Source: Candidatus Methylomirabilia bacterium (GTDB lineage: Bacteria; Methylomirabilota; Methylomirabilia; Rokubacteriales; CSP1-6). From it: a DNA stretch of 64,000 nucleotides. The translations under genes were made by a program, and so were the position numbers. This document shows positions 62,747-64,000 of this stretch, one piece after another. The notes under the pieces are model-generated. The model was not told the origin of the DNA. It was given only the letters and a program-made list of their open reading frames with translations, and searched no databases. Numbering within the stretch: position 1 is the stretch's first letter; every line of letters begins with the position of its first letter. The stretch is from NCBI GenBank assembly GCA_041493605.1, contig JBGPZD010000001.1, positions 5,936-69,935 on the forward strand. The letters are read 5' to 3'.

Positions 62747-63931
62747 ATGCGGATGATCTCCTGGAAGCTCCCCGTCGCCGTCCTGGCGGCGCTTGCCGTC
62801 CTGGCCGGAGCCCTGCCGGTCCAGGCCCAGGTGCCCATCAAGATCGGCGCGTCCCTGTCGCAGAGCGGGACCTACGCCAAGCTCGGCAGCTACCAGAAGG
62901 AAGGCTACGAGCTTTGCGCCGAGCAGGTGAATGCCAAGGGCGGGCTCCTGGGGCGGAAGGTGGAGTTCGTCGTCTATGACGACCAGTCCAATCCGGCCAC
63001 GGGCGTGCGGCTCTACGAGAAGCTCATCACCGAGGACAAGGTGGACGCGGTCATGGGGCCCTACTCTTCCCCGATCACCGAGGCCGTCGCCAACGTGACC
63101 GAGAAGTACCAGAAGGTCATGGTCTCGCCGCTCGCCGCCACCACGTCCATCTTCAAGAAGGGGCGGAAATACATCTTCATGGTGATCTCGCCGGCCGAGG
63201 TCTACCTGGAGGGCGTGATCGACATGGCGGCCAAGCGAGGGCTCAAGACCGTCGCCATCGTCAACGAGGACACGCTGTTCACCAAGGCCTCCGCCGAGGG
63301 CATCGCCGACCTGGCGAAGAAGAAGGGAATGCAGGTGGTCTTCCGCGAGGCCTATCCCAAGGGCAACACCGATTTCTCCGCGCTCCTGGTCAAGATCAAG
63401 TCGCTCAACCCCGACGTGATCGCCGCGTCCACCTATTTCGACGACGCCATCGCGATCACTCGTCAGATGAGAGAGCTCAACGTCAACCCCAGGATGTACG
63501 GGGTGACGGTGGGCGGCGACCTCCCGGAGTTCTACACCCTGCTCAAGCAGAACGCCGAATACATCTACGGCGCGACCCAGTGGGAGGGCGGGCTGCCGTA
63601 CCCGGGACAGCAGGAGTTCGTCGGGGCGTACACGAAGAAATTCGGGCGGGAGCCGGTCTATCACTCGGCCGCGGGCTATGCCGGCTGCCTGATCTACGCC
63701 GAGGCGATCCGGCGCACGGGGACCCTGGACTCCGACAAGTTGAGGGAGCAGCTCCTGAAGATGGAGACGCGCACCGCCTTCGGCGACTACAAGGTGGACG
63801 CGGACGGCTTCCAGACCGCCCACAAGATGGTCATCCTCCAGTGGCAGGACGGCAAGAAGGTTACGGTGTGGCCGGATGAGCTGGCCAGCGGGAAGGCGCG
63901 CTTCCCGATGCCGCCGTGGAACCAGCGTTAG
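62747..63931 (+). CDS. Second ABC transporter solute-binding protein (LivK-like type I PBP), divergent
   Basis: GAGGAGG RBS. MRMISWKLPVAVLAALAVLAGALPVQAQ signal. PIKIGASLSQSGTYAKLG. Confidence 0.85.
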   Translation: MRMISWKLPVAVLAALAVLAGALPVQAQVPIKIGASLSQSGTYAKLGSYQKEGYELCAEQVNAKGGLLGRKVEFVVYDDQSNPATGVRLYEKLITEDKVDAVMGPYSSPITEAVANVTEKYQKVMVSPLAATTSIFKKGRKYIFMVISPAEVYLEGVIDMAAKRGLKTVAIVNEDTLFTKASAEGIADLAKKKGMQVVFREAYPKGNTDFSALLVKIKSLNPDVIAASTYFDDAIAITRQMRELNVNPRMYGVTVGGDLPEFYTLLKQNAEYIYGATQWEGGLPYPGQQEFVGAYTKKFGREPVYHSAAGYAGCLIYAEAIRRTGTLDSDKLREQLLKMETRTAFGDYKVDADGFQTAHKMVILQWQDGKKVTVWPDELASGKARFPMPPWNQR

Positions 63932-63944
63932 CGGCGTGAGCGGC

Positions 63945-64000
63945 TGACGAGCCAACCCGGGCGCGCCCGTCGGGTCTCCGGCGGGCGCCGCTGTGTTTCC
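63945..64000 (+). terminator. GC-rich hairpin plus T-containing tail after the second SBP gene
   Basis: cccgGGCGCGCCCGtcgggtctcCGGCGGGCGCCgctgtgtttcc. An imperfect stem followed by TGTGTTT. Confidence 0.35.

Overview
High-GC (~68%) bacterial chromosomal window spanning the replication-origin neighbourhood. The minus strand carries gyrA-gyrB-recF-dnaN-dnaA. The plus strand then runs rpmH-rnpA-yidD-yidC-rsmG-parA-parB-mnmA, followed by a partial F1Fo ATP synthase operon (atpFHAGDC, without atpB/atpE). After that comes a signalling cluster (REC, HD-GYP, CPBP-like membrane protein, GAF histidine kinase), a pair of DUF507-like paralogues, ubiX, a GT2 glycosyltransferase and a Gfo/Idh/MocA oxidoreductase. 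Next are tRNA-Leu, smpB and tmRNA, an amidase, rph, rdgB, then tRNA-Pro and tRNA-Arg. A minus-strand rhodanese-ThiF/MoeB E1-like gene is interrupted by an in-frame TGA at the conserved catalytic Cys, making it a selenoprotein candidate. It is followed by two small membrane proteins. Further on are rmlA-rmlC-rmlB, an HD-domain dNTPase-like gene, glutaryl-CoA-dehydrogenase-like, a VOC-family gene, an MFS transporter, trmI, an NCS2 permease, a PpiD-like chaperone and an RND efflux pair. greA sits convergent to an orphan DndB/DpdB-like DGQHR-domain gene. That gene's low-GC upstream region carries three DnaA boxes ~43 kb from oriC, and faces a two-gene operon of a membrane protein plus a DUF900-like alpha/beta hydrolase. 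The window ends with a long minus-strand operon coupling a Liv-type ABC transporter to RidA, HIBADH-like and M24 peptidase genes, and a second divergent solute-binding protein. Tandem parS sites, a likely bipartite oriC, promoters and terminators are also annotated. No CRISPR array or obvious transposase was seen. Coordinates from the ORF track include stop codons.
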